From assembly GCA_016748015.1 (NCBI GenBank), contig JAAOMT010000352.1, positions 682,001-746,000 of the forward strand: 64,000 nt of DNA, written 5' to 3'. Each line of letters begins with the position of its first letter. Positions within the stretch are counted from its first letter, which is position 1. Both the position numbers and the translations under genes were made by a program. The DNA comes from Geosiphon pyriformis uo1. Taxonomy: Eukaryota > Fungi > Glomeromycota. The notes under the pieces were generated by a model. It was given only the letters and a program-made list of their open reading frames with translations, made no database searches and was not told the origin of the DNA. Of this stretch, positions 52,042-64,000 are shown piece by piece.

Positions 52042-55000
52042 ATGACCAGTTTAGTTTGGAAGATTGCCACATGTAATGTTAAAGGTATAAACAATCTTGT
52101 TAAGCAAGAAGATATTGTGCATTGGCATAAAAACATGAACAATCTGATTTCAATTTTTATGGAAACAAAGCTGAAAAAGAAGATTCATCTATAGATTGTT
52201 AACAAATTTGATGGTATTTATGTGTTCACTTTTGGTTTGAATTCTGGTTATTTGGGTACAAATATTACTGTGATTATAAATAATTCTTTGGCAAAGCATA
52301 TATACAAAGTCTCTAAAGTGTCTGGTTGGCTCATTTCTATTAAGTTGTTTTTTAAAAATAAACTTTCTATTTCAAATCTTAGAGATTTATGCTGGTGCTT
52401 CTTTGGCAGTTTGGTTCTCCCAAGCTGGTGAAATCAATTCTATAATCTTAAAGCCATGAATGAATCCTCTTTTATTGTTTTGGGTGGTGACTTTAATAAA
52501 AATGACTCTCATAAATGCACCAGTTTCAAAAAGTGTCTAGATCTTGGTTTGGTCAATTCTTTGGGTAGAAGTTCTTATGTAAAAACACCAACATAAGCTA
52601 ACTCTTGAAGTGTGGTTAAGATAATTGATTTCTTGTTTGTTTTTTTAAACTTGGTTAATGCTGTGATGAATTGCAAAGTATTTGATGTTGGAGAATTTTT
52701 TAATACTGATTATCAAGCTGTTTCTATATTGGTAGGTTTGAGTGGATTACTTGATATGTGGCTAAACTCTCTTTGCAAGCAAGCAAATAAGGATTGTTGG
52801 AAATTTGATTATGGAAATGCAGAGAATGTCAGATAGGCTAAGTTTAAAAAGGATATGATGGCAAATACTATTATGTTTTATAATGAGTTTTTTGCATCTG
52901 AAAAATACTTGGACGTAGAATACTCTTTACAAAGTGTTATGTCTATTAGCTAATATGGTTTTTAAGAGAAAATGGTCCAAGGGCTATAACAGTGTTTTTA
53001 CAAAGGGGTTGTCCAGATTTCACAAACTGGAGCTTTTGGTATCTAAAATTATTAAGACCTCTTATCTGGTTTCTAGTAAGGAGTTTGCATCTTTGCTTGA
53101 TAAGTGGCATGATTTAAATGCAGTTAATGTCTTTGTGATGAAGTCTCTTTTTTTTTTGGGTTCTTATTTTAATACTATTTGTTCAGTTTTGGTTAAGATT
53201 AGAAAGTCTTATCAAAATATTGGAATTGAAGCATGCTAAAGAATCTCAAATCAGATCAGCAATTAATAAAAGGATAGAAAGCTTTGAGTTGAACAAGAGT
53301 CATACTATCAGAAATATGTTGAAGCATTCTTTTCACAAGGTTACTCTAGATTATTTGGTTGTCAATGGTAAATTAGTTCTGGCTCCTAACCTGGTTAAGA
53401 CCAAGATAGATGTGATTATAGAAGAGTAAACTAGGAAGCATGTAGTGGTGATTGATATTTCTGACAACTGGTGTCACCAATATTAATTTTTAGAGTATGT
53501 TTTTGATGACACTTTCTCTGGTGTAATGTGTTCAATTGGTTTTAATGAGATGTTCAGTGTAATTTTAAATCTGCTTAATGAAAAAGTGGCTGGTCTTTCC
53601 GACATCTCAAATGAATTATGGAAACATTATAACAGATCAGTTTTAGATATGCTTTTGGTGCTCTTAAATTCTTGTTTGTGTAGTGAGTCTGTTTCCAAGT
53701 CTTGGAAAGAGGCTTGGGTGTTAATGATTTCCAAACCATATGAGTGGGAAAAAGTTTTCACAAATATCTATTCGATTACTTTGATTAAAACAGCTTACAA
53801 GATCCTTTTCAAAATTCTTTCAGACAGAATTTCTTCAGCATGCAGTGTTTTCAATGTTCTCAAAGGGGATAATTTTTCTGTTTTAAAAGACACAATAACA
53901 TGATCTCCTATTTTTGCAATTGGTTCAGTTATTAAAGATGTCTTGGAGAAAGACTGTGAACTCTGGCTTGTCTTACAGGATATGTGAAAGGCTTATGACT
54001 CTGTCAGGTGGGAGCATCTTAGAAAAAACTTAGTCAGAATAAAGATGTATGATAAATTCATTCAATTTTTTGGCAGCATTCACAACAGTTAGGTCAACAG
54101 AATTATGACTGATTTTGGGTTAATAGGTGGTTATCAGATACATAATGGTTTGGATCAAGAGAAAGTATTCTCACCTCTTCTTTGGTACATATTTTATGAT
54201 TCTCTGTTATGTGAAGTCAAGAGACAGGAAAGTGTGTGTGGATACAGATTGAATTCACATTTTATTGTCAGAACTAGTCATTTAAAATCTCAAACTGGTT
54301 TGACATCTTTCCTTACTGCTAGTGTATTTGTTGATAATACAATTTAGATTGGTAGCAGCCAAACTGTTACTCAGCATATTCTCAACATTGCTAGTGAATT
54401 TTTTTGGCTCAATAACATTTCAATTAATAACAACAAGACTGTGGTCATTTCTATTAATTGTAGAGTTGCACATCCTTCTTTGTTAATCAATGGCTTGTCT
54501 ATTTCTATTGCTAAAAAAGGAGAGTTTCATCAGTACCTAAGTATCTTTCTGTCTACTGAAAATTTGTTAAAGCCCAGCTTGGCTAAAGCTCATGTAAACA
54601 TTTGTTTTTTTGTTAATTTTGTTTTGAAAAAAAATATCTTTGATAAACAATTCTTGTATTTGGTGTCAGCAGTTCTTTTCCCAATTGTTAGCTATAGATC
54701 TCAATTTAGTTTTGTTCCTGTTAGTGTGTGTAATAAGTGGAACACTTTGATTCACAAAGGCTTAAGATCCAAATCTGGTCTTTCATATAACTTTCCCAAT
54801 AATGCACTTCACTATCCCTCATTATATAATTTAAAAACTTTTGAACAGATTTAAGCTGAGAGCAAGTTGGCTTCTATTGTTTGGTTTTTGAATTTGGTTG
54901 GCATTTTGGGTCATCTGTTTGTACATAGATCACATGATCTGCAAGTGCTTAGCTAGAATTTTTATCATTCTTTGTTTTTTTTTTCTCATGTCAATGTTAA

Positions 55001-56552
55001 TTTGTTAAATAATTTTTTAGTTAGTGTAGTCTGCATTTTTTTGAAATATAATCTACCTCTGAGTGGTCTTGTGACTAATGCTTTTTGTTTTTGGAGTGGT
55101 ACCTCTTTGTTTTTTGTTCTCAGTGGTTCTAGGTTTTTCAAATATGTCTTTTTGCTTTAACAGTATAAGATTGCTTTTGCTAAGCAGCTTTGCAATCATG
55201 CTGGTGCAGTTTTTGATTGAAAAATGTTTAAGCAGTGGAAAAAATTAGATCCACATGGCCCAATTTCTGATTAGTTCAAGCTTTCTGTTTGTTTTCTTAA
55301 TAGTGCTTCTTCTTTTTTTATTTGTTCTCCTCTTTTGGTAGGCATTAATTTGTTAGACATTCTTAAGTCCCATGAATTTGGGATTATTTGTGACTGTTTG
55401 TTGAGTGTTGATGCTGGTTGCCTTTTTATTTATATGGATGGATCTCTTAGCAGTTTGGAAACTCTTGACATGAAGGCTGGCATAGTAGTTTTTTTTAAGA
55501 ATATTGGTTTGAGTTTGGGTGTTGAAGTTTCTGATTTGATGTCTTCTACCATGACTAAGCTACAAGCTGTTGCTCTGGTACTTAAATGTGTTTTTTCTTC
55601 TAGTTCGGTTCAACTTTTCTCAGACAGTTAGTCTGCTCTAGATGCTTATAAATTGGAGTTGGGATTGTTGTGTCCTGACTTCCAGAATTGGTGTTGAATT
55701 AAGCATCATTATATTATGGGTGTTATTGTTTTTGCTAATTCTAGACATTTTATTTATAATGTATTTTAGTCTATCTATCAGGCATGCTAGAAGGTTGGCT
55801 CTGGTTCTCGAGTTGTGGTAGTTATTTTACATGCAAATGTTGATTGGTTTAAGTCGTTCTTGGTGTGGCATCTTGATTCACATTTGGCCTCTGGCTTCAC
55901 TAATAGGAGTATTGCTAGCACTTGCACTTATTTTATAAAGACTTTGTATTACCAGCTTTTTGTTGTTGTTTATAAGCATTTGTATACCAAAAGTTATCCA
56001 AGTGTAGTATGTTTGTTTTGTGAAAATATTGAGGTTTCAGACCATGTTTTTTCCTGTCTGTTTAATTCTGATGTTTGTGTTTAGTTGTTGGACACTTATA
56101 CAGCTGAATAGAAAGTGATTTCTGGTCTGTTTCACTTGGTCTCATGTGTATTACAATGTTTGAGTTCCTGTTCTTCTAATGTTACTGTGTATATGGCTTT
56201 GAGCAAGAGTTTCATCTTCAATAATTAGTATTAGGAATTTTTTTCTATTTTTAAAGATCCTAAAATTGCAGATCGAACAGTTGTGAATTTTGTACACAGA
56301 TTTGGTCTTGCGTTTAAAGAAGAGATTTGGTTGGCTCATGTCAAACACCAGACATTTATGGAGAAGAATAGACTAATTTTGCATAATGAATCTGTTCTAG
56401 TTTTAGTGTTTGGATTTTCTTCAGTGTTTTCTGCTGGTGTAGTTAAATTGTTGGAAATTGCTAATGCTTTTAGTATTAGTTTTGGTTTTTGTAATTCTTG
56501 TCAGTTTTTTTTAGGTTTAGATAGTGTAGTTTCAGTTTGTATAGATATATAG
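52042..56552 (+). pseudogene. LINE-2 ORF2: APE endonuclease, RT, partly deleted RNase H, CCHC
   Basis: MTSLVWKIATCNV, LGGDFN, GLDQEKVFSPLLW, FVDN, IYMDGSL, CLFCENIEVSDHVFSC. Confidence 0.88.
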
Positions 56553-56712
56553 TGTTGTCTTGATTAGTCTGAATGACTGGTCATATGTAAAAAATACATG
56601 ATTTATGTCTAGTTTAGATCACTTAGTTAATGTATTATTTTAAGTAGTATTTAGACCTCACTCATTAAATGATATAAAAAAAACCAGTTTGCTAATTTTA
56701 AAAACTGAATAA

Positions 56713-57511
56713 TATTACAAATAATTTTTAAATTTATTATATTTTTTATAATTTAGTATTTAAATTGGTTAATTTTTTAATTAAAAAATTTTTTAAAAGT
56801 TTTAATAATTGAATTTTTTATATAACAAACAAAAATTTAATATTAATAATAAATAATATTTAGTATTTAACTTTTTAAAATAATAACTGGTTTATTTTGG
56901 TGTTTTTTATTGTTTTAATAAGCAATTTTAGTTTTTTTTGACTATATTCTACACTTTTTTTGATGTTTTATACCAGATAATTCTTAATATTATAATTTTA
57001 GTACTTTTTTTTAATCAATTAATAAACATAAAACAAAACAAAAATAAATAAATAAATAAATAAGATAAAAAATTAGTATTTTATTATTAATTATAATCAA
57101 AAACTATTGTTTTAATATTGTTAATAATTTTGTATTAATAAAAAAGTAATTAAATATTAATAAAATAAATATAAATTCATAAAGTTGTATTTGAATAATA
57201 TGATTTGATAAATTTATTTAAAATAATTATAGATTTTAAGTATTAAATTGCTAATTATAAAAATTACTTAATAAGATAAAAATTAAACTTGTTTTTAATT
57301 CAACTTATTTATCTTTTTTTTTTATATATATATAAATTTTTGTAATATAAAATTTTTAAATTCTTACAATTTTTTTAAATTATTATTAGAATTTTTAATA
57401 TTTTTAAAATTTATAAAATTCTTAATATTATATATTTTAATAATTTATACTTTATTATTGGCTATTTATATTATTTTTTCTTATTTTTTTTACTTTATTT
57501 TATAAGTAATA
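56713..57511 (-). repeat. Heavily eroded solo LTR, B-like family
   Basis: Termini TATTAC...GTAATA; the A-tract segment at ~57015-57110 aligns with 24320-24430; possible TSD ATAA/ACAA. Confidence 0.55.
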
Positions 57512-58773
57512 ACAACCAAAAAAAAATTAACCAATTTGGTTTTAAATATATTATAAAAAAAATAATTTTTTTTTAATTTACAAAAAAAAATTCTGATACT
57601 GTTTTTGTTTACTAAAACTAATTAACAAATTAAAACAGTTGTAATTATATTAACAAATTTAAAATAAACAATAATATATTATTAAATACTAATAAATTTT
57701 AATTTAATTTTGAAAACTTTATTATAAATATTAAAAACTATTTTAATATTAATTACAAACATATTTAAAAGCACATTATATAAAGTAATAACAACAAAAA
57801 AAAACTTAGAAATAAAAAAAATAATAAAACCAATAAACTTAGTTTAAAATACAGTTTTTAAAAAAACTTGAAAAATAAATTCTATACAAAAAAATTTTAT
57901 ATTTTTTTTAAACACAAACTTAATATTAATAAAATTATATAAACTAAAATACGATTTTAATAAAAGCTAATTTAATCTTAAATATAATATTAAACATTAA
58001 AATAAAAGTTATTATTTAGTAAATTTTTAATAATTAATAATTGTTTTCTAATTATTAAAGACAATACCAGAAAACAAAAAAAATTAATTCTGTTTTTATT
58101 TTATTTAATTAATTTAATTTTTGAGATTAAATAATTAAATAATATAATTAAATAAAAACATATATAAAAACATGTTTTATTTTGCTTTTAAAACTAGTAA
58201 AAATTAGTAAAAAATTAATATATTAAAAAATATAATTAAGAGTTAATTCAAATTAAGATTAATTAATATGATTTTATTGTTATTGTTTTAAATAAATTTA
58301 TTTATTTATTTATAATTATAATAAAATTAGATATTATAAAAACCAAAAAACCAAAACTCTATTTTTTACAAAAAAAAACTGGCTTTAAAACACTAAAATT
58401 ATTAAAAATACCAGAAAAAAAATCTTTTAGCATTTTAAAAAAATTGTTATCAAATATAATAAAAAGTTAAAAGATTGTTTTTTAACTGTTTTGGCTTTTT
58501 TAACTATTTAAATAGCAATAAAAAAAGACAAAAAAAAAGACAACTTAATTATTAACTTTTTATCAAATATTTTAAAAATTTTAAAAAAACAAAAATTATA
58601 CCAAAATTATTTTAGATAAGTTATTTTAAAAAAACTTTGAAAAAAATATTTTCAAAATAACAAAAAACTAGTTGATTACTATTTTATTTAAAAAGAGTAT
58701 TTTTACAAAATACTATTAAATAGTTTTAATAACTATTAATAATTTATTAATAAAAAGACTACTAATTGTTTTA

Positions 58774-58811
<38 letters not shown>

Positions 58812-59019
58812 TCCAGTTTTTTTATTTTTTGTTTTAATTATAATTATAAAAATTTAAAAGAAAAAAAAAGTAATTAATTTTTTTTAATAATCTAAATAAT
58901 AATAATATATTAATTATTTTGGTTAAAAATTTAAGTATTTACTGTTTATTAACATAAAAAAAAGTTATATTTTAATTGAAAATAGTATTATTATTATTTT
59001 TTATTATATTTAATAAATA

Positions 59020-60508
59020 AGACTTAAACATAACTTAACATAACTTAACATAATACACCAAATTAAATAATCTAAATTAAATATAAATTATGTACTTTTT
59101 ACATATAACTAATTACTTAAACCAGTTAAAGCAATATTATATTAAAACAAAAAAAGCTAAAAGTATATTTAGTTTATTAATTCTTTTAATAATACTATTT
59201 AAGTTTCTAGAATTAAAAATAAACTTATTAAAAAACAATTTAGTTAACTTAATATTACTTTTAATATTAGAATCTAATATATATTATAAAACGATAATAT
59301 ATTCAATAGTATTTTTAATTAAAATAAAAGATTTAATAGTTAATATTTTATTTTATTTTATTAAAATTAACTTTAGATCTGAAACAAATAATATTTTTAG
59401 AAACATTAACTAAAAAATTAAAAAAGTTATTAGCAACATATTTTATAAAAAGCAGATTTTTTTTTATTCAAAAAGGTTTGTCAACATTATTATTCAAAAG
59501 ATTAATAACCAAAATAATTAAAGAATTAATAAGCTTAATAATAAATTTTACCAAAGCAATTAAGTTTAAGATTTAAGTTTCTAAAGAATCTAACCTAAAC
59601 TTGATACTAGAATTAGTAACAAAAACAACTAAAAGAGTAACAAAAAAAGCCAAAAAAGTAGAAACTAAAGTATAAGTCTTATTATTAATAAAAATAATAC
59701 AAAAAACTTAAAACCAATAGCAGACTTAAGAGATAACTTAAAAAAAAGGTAAAAACACTTTACAATTAACAAACAAATAGTCTAAACTCTAATATTTATA
59801 ACAGTAACAGCATTCAAAAGTTTTTTATTAAATAGAATATTTATACAAAATATTAATTCTTTTTATAGCAAACTTTAATATCTTATAAGACTTAAAAGTA
59901 ATAACAATAAAATATTAATAATAATATAAATTAAAAAAACAAAGAATAAAACAAATATAGTTATCAATCTAAGAAATCATATTACTAATTTTAAAAACAG
60001 TATAATTAAAAGAAAAATTAACTAATTTGGCTTTAAAAAAATCTCTTAGAATTATAATTTCTTTTTAATTAAAAAAAAATTCAAATACTGTTCTTTTTTA
60101 CTAGTATAAACCAGTTACTAAGAGTAATAGTAACAAAAAAAAAGTTCTTAAAATTGACAATAGCTATTATTACAAATTAGCAGATTTTAACACAATAAAT
60201 ATAATAACACCAAAAATATCAAAAGCATTTTTAATATTATTAGAAAATATATTAAAAATATATTACAAAATACAACAAATATAAAAAAAATGAATCAAAA
60301 GCTATTACAAAAGATTTTGCAATCTTAAGTGTAATTAAAAAAAGAGAACCATTAATAATAACTTTAACAACAGCAATCAAAAAATTTTTAAAAACAAAAT
60401 TCATATAAAACAACCTAATATTGTCTTTAAAAACTGATTTAAATCCAACAAAACCAAACAACAGATAAAACAAAAAATTAATTAAGATTAATTTGATTTT
60501 AAAAATAG
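59020..60508 (-). mobile_element. Heavily eroded 3' end of a LINE (same group as LINE-1), cut by Gypsy E
   Basis: 59070-59125 aligns without gaps to the LINE-1 3' UTR (25925-25980). Confidence 0.65.
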
Positions 60509-62671
60509 TGTTATAGATTGAAGTAACAAGCTAATGGATAGCAAGAGAGAACAGAATTGTAGGGTAATGAAAGAAATCAAAGAGAATTCAACTTCAATGT
60601 GCGAGATTAGTCTCATAAAATATCTCAGTTGCTATACTTTTCAAAAGATAACTGGAAAATTTGAAGATAGAGGAATAGTCTGTACTGTCAACAAATGATC
60701 ACACTTAATATAATTCTATGCCTCACATCAGCACTCTTAAAATTCAATATCAGGTATCAAATGTGCTCTTTAGTCATATTTTATCCAATAATCTTTAAAT
60801 GCTGTAATTATATGTTTTAAGAAAAGGGTAAGTAAAGGCCAACAAATATTTTTTATCCTAAGATGTTTAGATATTTGAAGATAGGGAAAGAGAAATTAGT
60901 GATAAGAGAATGATTAAGATGAAAGTTGTTATTTTATTTATTTTATTTCCTTGATTTCTACATACTTTTTTACAGCTAAGAAATTCATCACTTATATAGC
61001 TATCAAAAGTGGTCAATAATCAGGTCAATAACTAGGTCAATGATCAGGTCAATGATCACTTTCTAAAAATAAAGTGGCTAATTTATATGACATCAATGGC
61101 TAATAAATGTGATAATTAATAAGAAGTATAAGTTTCAACCACAACATCATCCTCTCCAAAGAGATTAAGCTCCAGTAAAATCAAGCTATTCATAGTGTAA
61201 TCTATTTGAAAAGTTTTATCTAACTCAAAGCTAACTAGTTTGTTGAAGTTTTTTGTAGATAGGATATATAATACTTGAGGCAAAATAAGTTTTGTATCCA
61301 AGAGACCAAATTTATGTATTAGAGTTTTGACTCTTCTAGCAATAGTTAAAACTCTTGGGGCATCTAACCATATAATGCCCAAAATTTCTGTCTATATCTC
61401 TGAAGTTGTTTTCTTTATAAGTTTTATATCCTCTATGATTTCTTCAAGATGACCATAGAGTTCTAATTGCCTTCCATATGACAAGTTTTTGTCTATGAGT
61501 AAGATTTCTTGGAGTGTTTTTTCAATTGTACTGGAAGGTGAAAATATAGTTGCTGTTATACTTTTCAATAGATATTTATCTATTTTGCTACCAATTTTTT
61601 CTCTTTTGGTAGTAGTTTTCTTTGGTCTAATAACAGTATGTGTTCTACTGTTATCAGTAATGGTGATTTGTTTTCCAATGGTTAGAGTAGCATTTGGATA
61701 GTTTTTGATTCAATACTTATGGAAAGTATAGAAAACATTTTGAATGTTTTGATCCAGAAAATAATTGTTTATGTCGATTAAAGATACCTCTGTTTTGGGA
61801 ATAGTGCATTTATTTATACTTAATTTTTGGGTTAGTATTACCACAACAGACAACCAATTAGGTCGTTTGTAATATTTCTTAAGTCATGTATCATAAACAG
61901 AACAATCATTAAAGATTGTTCCAAATTGATCTTAAAAAATATAAGAACCATTATTCAAAACTTTGTTAACTATAAAGAGTTCTTTCCATTGGCTAGAAAA
62001 TTTATCATCATAAACATTGTCTTTATCTGAACAGTATTTCAATACCAAATCACCAACACTTAAAGAAAGTGTTTTATAGATTTTTTTTTTCTTAAGCTTT
62101 TCTTGGAACTGTTTTATCTTTTTAAAAGCAATTATTTGTGCTTCTACCAAAAAGTCAAGAATGATACCAAGTCTTTTTTGCAAAATGTCTTTGTAATTTC
62201 TTATTGTGATTTTTTTAAAGAGTATTGTTTCAATATCAGTTTCTATTGGTAGTGTTGCCATGCATTTATAGAGCAGATAAAAAGATTCATAACTTATTAT
62301 GTCATGATTTACAGTTCTATAAGTAAATAAAGCTAAAGGCAGTATTTTGTTTCATAAGTTTGTTTCTTTACTGGTTTTGGCTAAGGTTTCATATAGTGTT
62401 CTAATGAAATATTCTACTAGGCCATTTGTTTAAGGGTAATAAGAAGAGGAAAGTTTATGATATATTCTCATTTTTCTGCAAAGTTCTTTAACCAATGTGC
62501 TGAGAAAAGTTTTTTCTCTATTAGATAAAAGTTTTTTGAGGCAGCCATGACAGCAGATGATATTTTCATAAATGAAATTGGCTATTAAGACTGCTGTTTG
62601 ATCTGGGGTGGCTTTTGCTTCTATCCACTTTGTAAGATAGTTGATAGCTGTAATAATGTATCTGTTGCTAT
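60509..62671 (-). mobile_element. 3' part of Gypsy element E (fourth LTR family): integrase, ORF3-like region and 3' LTR (60509-61146)
   Basis: INYLTKWIEAKA, HGCLKKLLSNR, GPY/F-like WKELF; PPT GGAGAGGATGA at 61147-61157; LTR termini TGTTGT...ATAACA. Confidence 0.82.
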
Positions 62672-64000
62672 TGTTACAGATGACTATTTCTAGTGTTAGA
62701 TTAAATAACAAACCTATAACTTGGTGCTCAAATCTAGTTGCAGTTGATAGTAATCTGAAGATTTGTGTCTAAAAGATTTGTATCCAAAAGGTTTGGTTGA
62801 GTTCTTTGTATAATGGACAGAGATTCAATAGTAATAATTTTATCCGTAGCTTCCCGAAACCACAGTTTTGTCAATTTCTTTCTCAGCTTGATGGCCAGTA
62901 TTCCTTCTGGTAAGCTATCCTTAATTGAGTATTCTACTCTTATTTCTGGGTCTTTTATCAGTCACGTTTATCCTGACATTAGTACCTCGCACATTAATTC
63001 TCAATAGAGTTAGTAAATAACAATAAAATCAAAGCAAAAAATAAAGAAAAGAAAAGAAAATAAAGAAAAAAAAGAAATAAGCCAAGGCAATTTGTAAGTT
63101 AGTATTCTGTTAATAGCTGTGATCAAAAGCTATTGTTCCAGTATGGTTAAGTATCAATTACTATCAACATAAAGTGTTAATAGTGGCAGCAGGTTTGAGA
63201 TAACAAACAGTTATTTATTTGTGATTTGGAAAGTTGTCTAGATGAAATCTAAACTGAGAGGTCTGTCTTTTTAGCTTCTAATCCTACTGCTATATATACA
63301 TAATTGAGATTCCTCAATTCCTCAATTTTTCACAACAGGAATTCTGGAATTCCTGGAATCCTGCAATTCCTTTGAGAGGAATCCTGGAATTCTGGAATTC
63401 TGCAATTTCTTGTGAAAATCCTGTAATTTCTGGAATCCTGCAATTCCTGAAAAAAATCCTGGAATTCCACATTTTACTATGTCTACTTCTGATTGGTTAA
63501 TAACTATACTAATATATATTCTCTATATTTCTATAAGTAATATTATTTCCTCCTTTTAATATTGAGCTCTGTTGAAATCTAACTCTGTTAATTCCCCTTC
63601 TTAAAGTATTTTCTGAATTTTATTTTCGAGAATTACTTGTGTTATTTGAGTCTGTAATTCTTTAAATTGAGCATTGATGATCTTTCTTAATTGATTACTG
63701 GTAACGATATCCATTGCTTTGTTGAGTAAGATTTCTGGTTGATTCTGAAATGCTGTGTGTATTTGGTATATGGTTCAGACTTGTGTAGATAAGTTGTTCT
63801 TTCCCACAAAATGTTCTAATTGTTGTAGTATTCTTGTGTCGAATAATCACTTTGTTTTATCCATATATAGATTCTGGATATTCACATGTTGTCCCAAGTA
63901 AAAATAACAATAGTTTCTTGGAAATTGTTGTATCCATCAATTCCAAGTTTTTTTAGTCAACTCTTGGTATAGTAACTCTTTTGTTGACTCTTTTATTGCT
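62672..64000 (-). mobile_element. 3' end of Gypsy element F (B family): ORF3 C-terminal part, PPT and 3' LTR (62672-63542), inserted in the integrase of E
   Basis: Reverse complement of B 14630-15902; ORF3 ends DFNRAQY-stop at 63556. Confidence 0.9.

Larger units (their letters stand above)
41400..56682 (+). mobile_element. Full-length LINE-2, decayed, interrupted in ORF1 by Gypsy C
   Basis: ORF1 ~41535-42671 plus 51378-52045 (VN.H|WSRLGFSKC reads across the insertion); ORF2 52042-56552; 3' UTR homologous to LINE-1; A tail. Confidence 0.9.

Noticed and set aside
58772-59050. (AAT)n run and (TAACTTAACA)n repeat as telomeric or functional repeats
   Set aside because: Short slippage repeats within eroded relics; not TTAGGG-like arrays.
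59090-60473. Hydrophobic I/L/F/K/N-rich ORFs (also 33330-33539, 40854-41087) as membrane proteins or organellar inserts
   Set aside because: Composition is an artefact of extreme AT richness; part of the region aligns to LINE sequence.

Overview
Eukaryotic fungal DNA. The short AT-rich spliceosomal introns and TE types suggest an early-diverging, Glomeromycotina-like fungus (inference). A compact ~7 kb CpG-retaining island holds three intron-containing housekeeping genes: PP2A B55 subunit CDC55 (-), anthranilate synthase component I TRP2 (+) and eIF2-alpha SUI2 (-). It sits between two fields of nested, decayed retroelements. Left nest: LINE-3 <- Gypsy D <- Gypsy A <- (Gypsy B and Gypsy X), plus a solo LTR and a full-length LINE-1. 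Right field: full-length LINE-2 interrupted by Gypsy C, AT-eroded relics, and Gypsy E interrupted by Gypsy F. The Gypsy elements fall into four LTR families and share an unusual three-ORF plan. ORF1 is Gag-protease-Cys-rich domain-dUTPase-RT-RNase H and ends in a stop. Integrase is a separate ORF with its own ATG. A third, ~210-245 codon ORF of unknown function ends in D[FL]xxAQ[FY]-stop right at the polypurine tract. The LINEs encode APE-RT(FVDD)-RNase H-CCHC and couple ORF1 to ORF2 through a stop/start overlap. All repeats are riddled with C>T/G>A transitions in CpG and non-CpG contexts. All calls were made by eye; element names (A-F, X, LINE-1..3) are my own labels.
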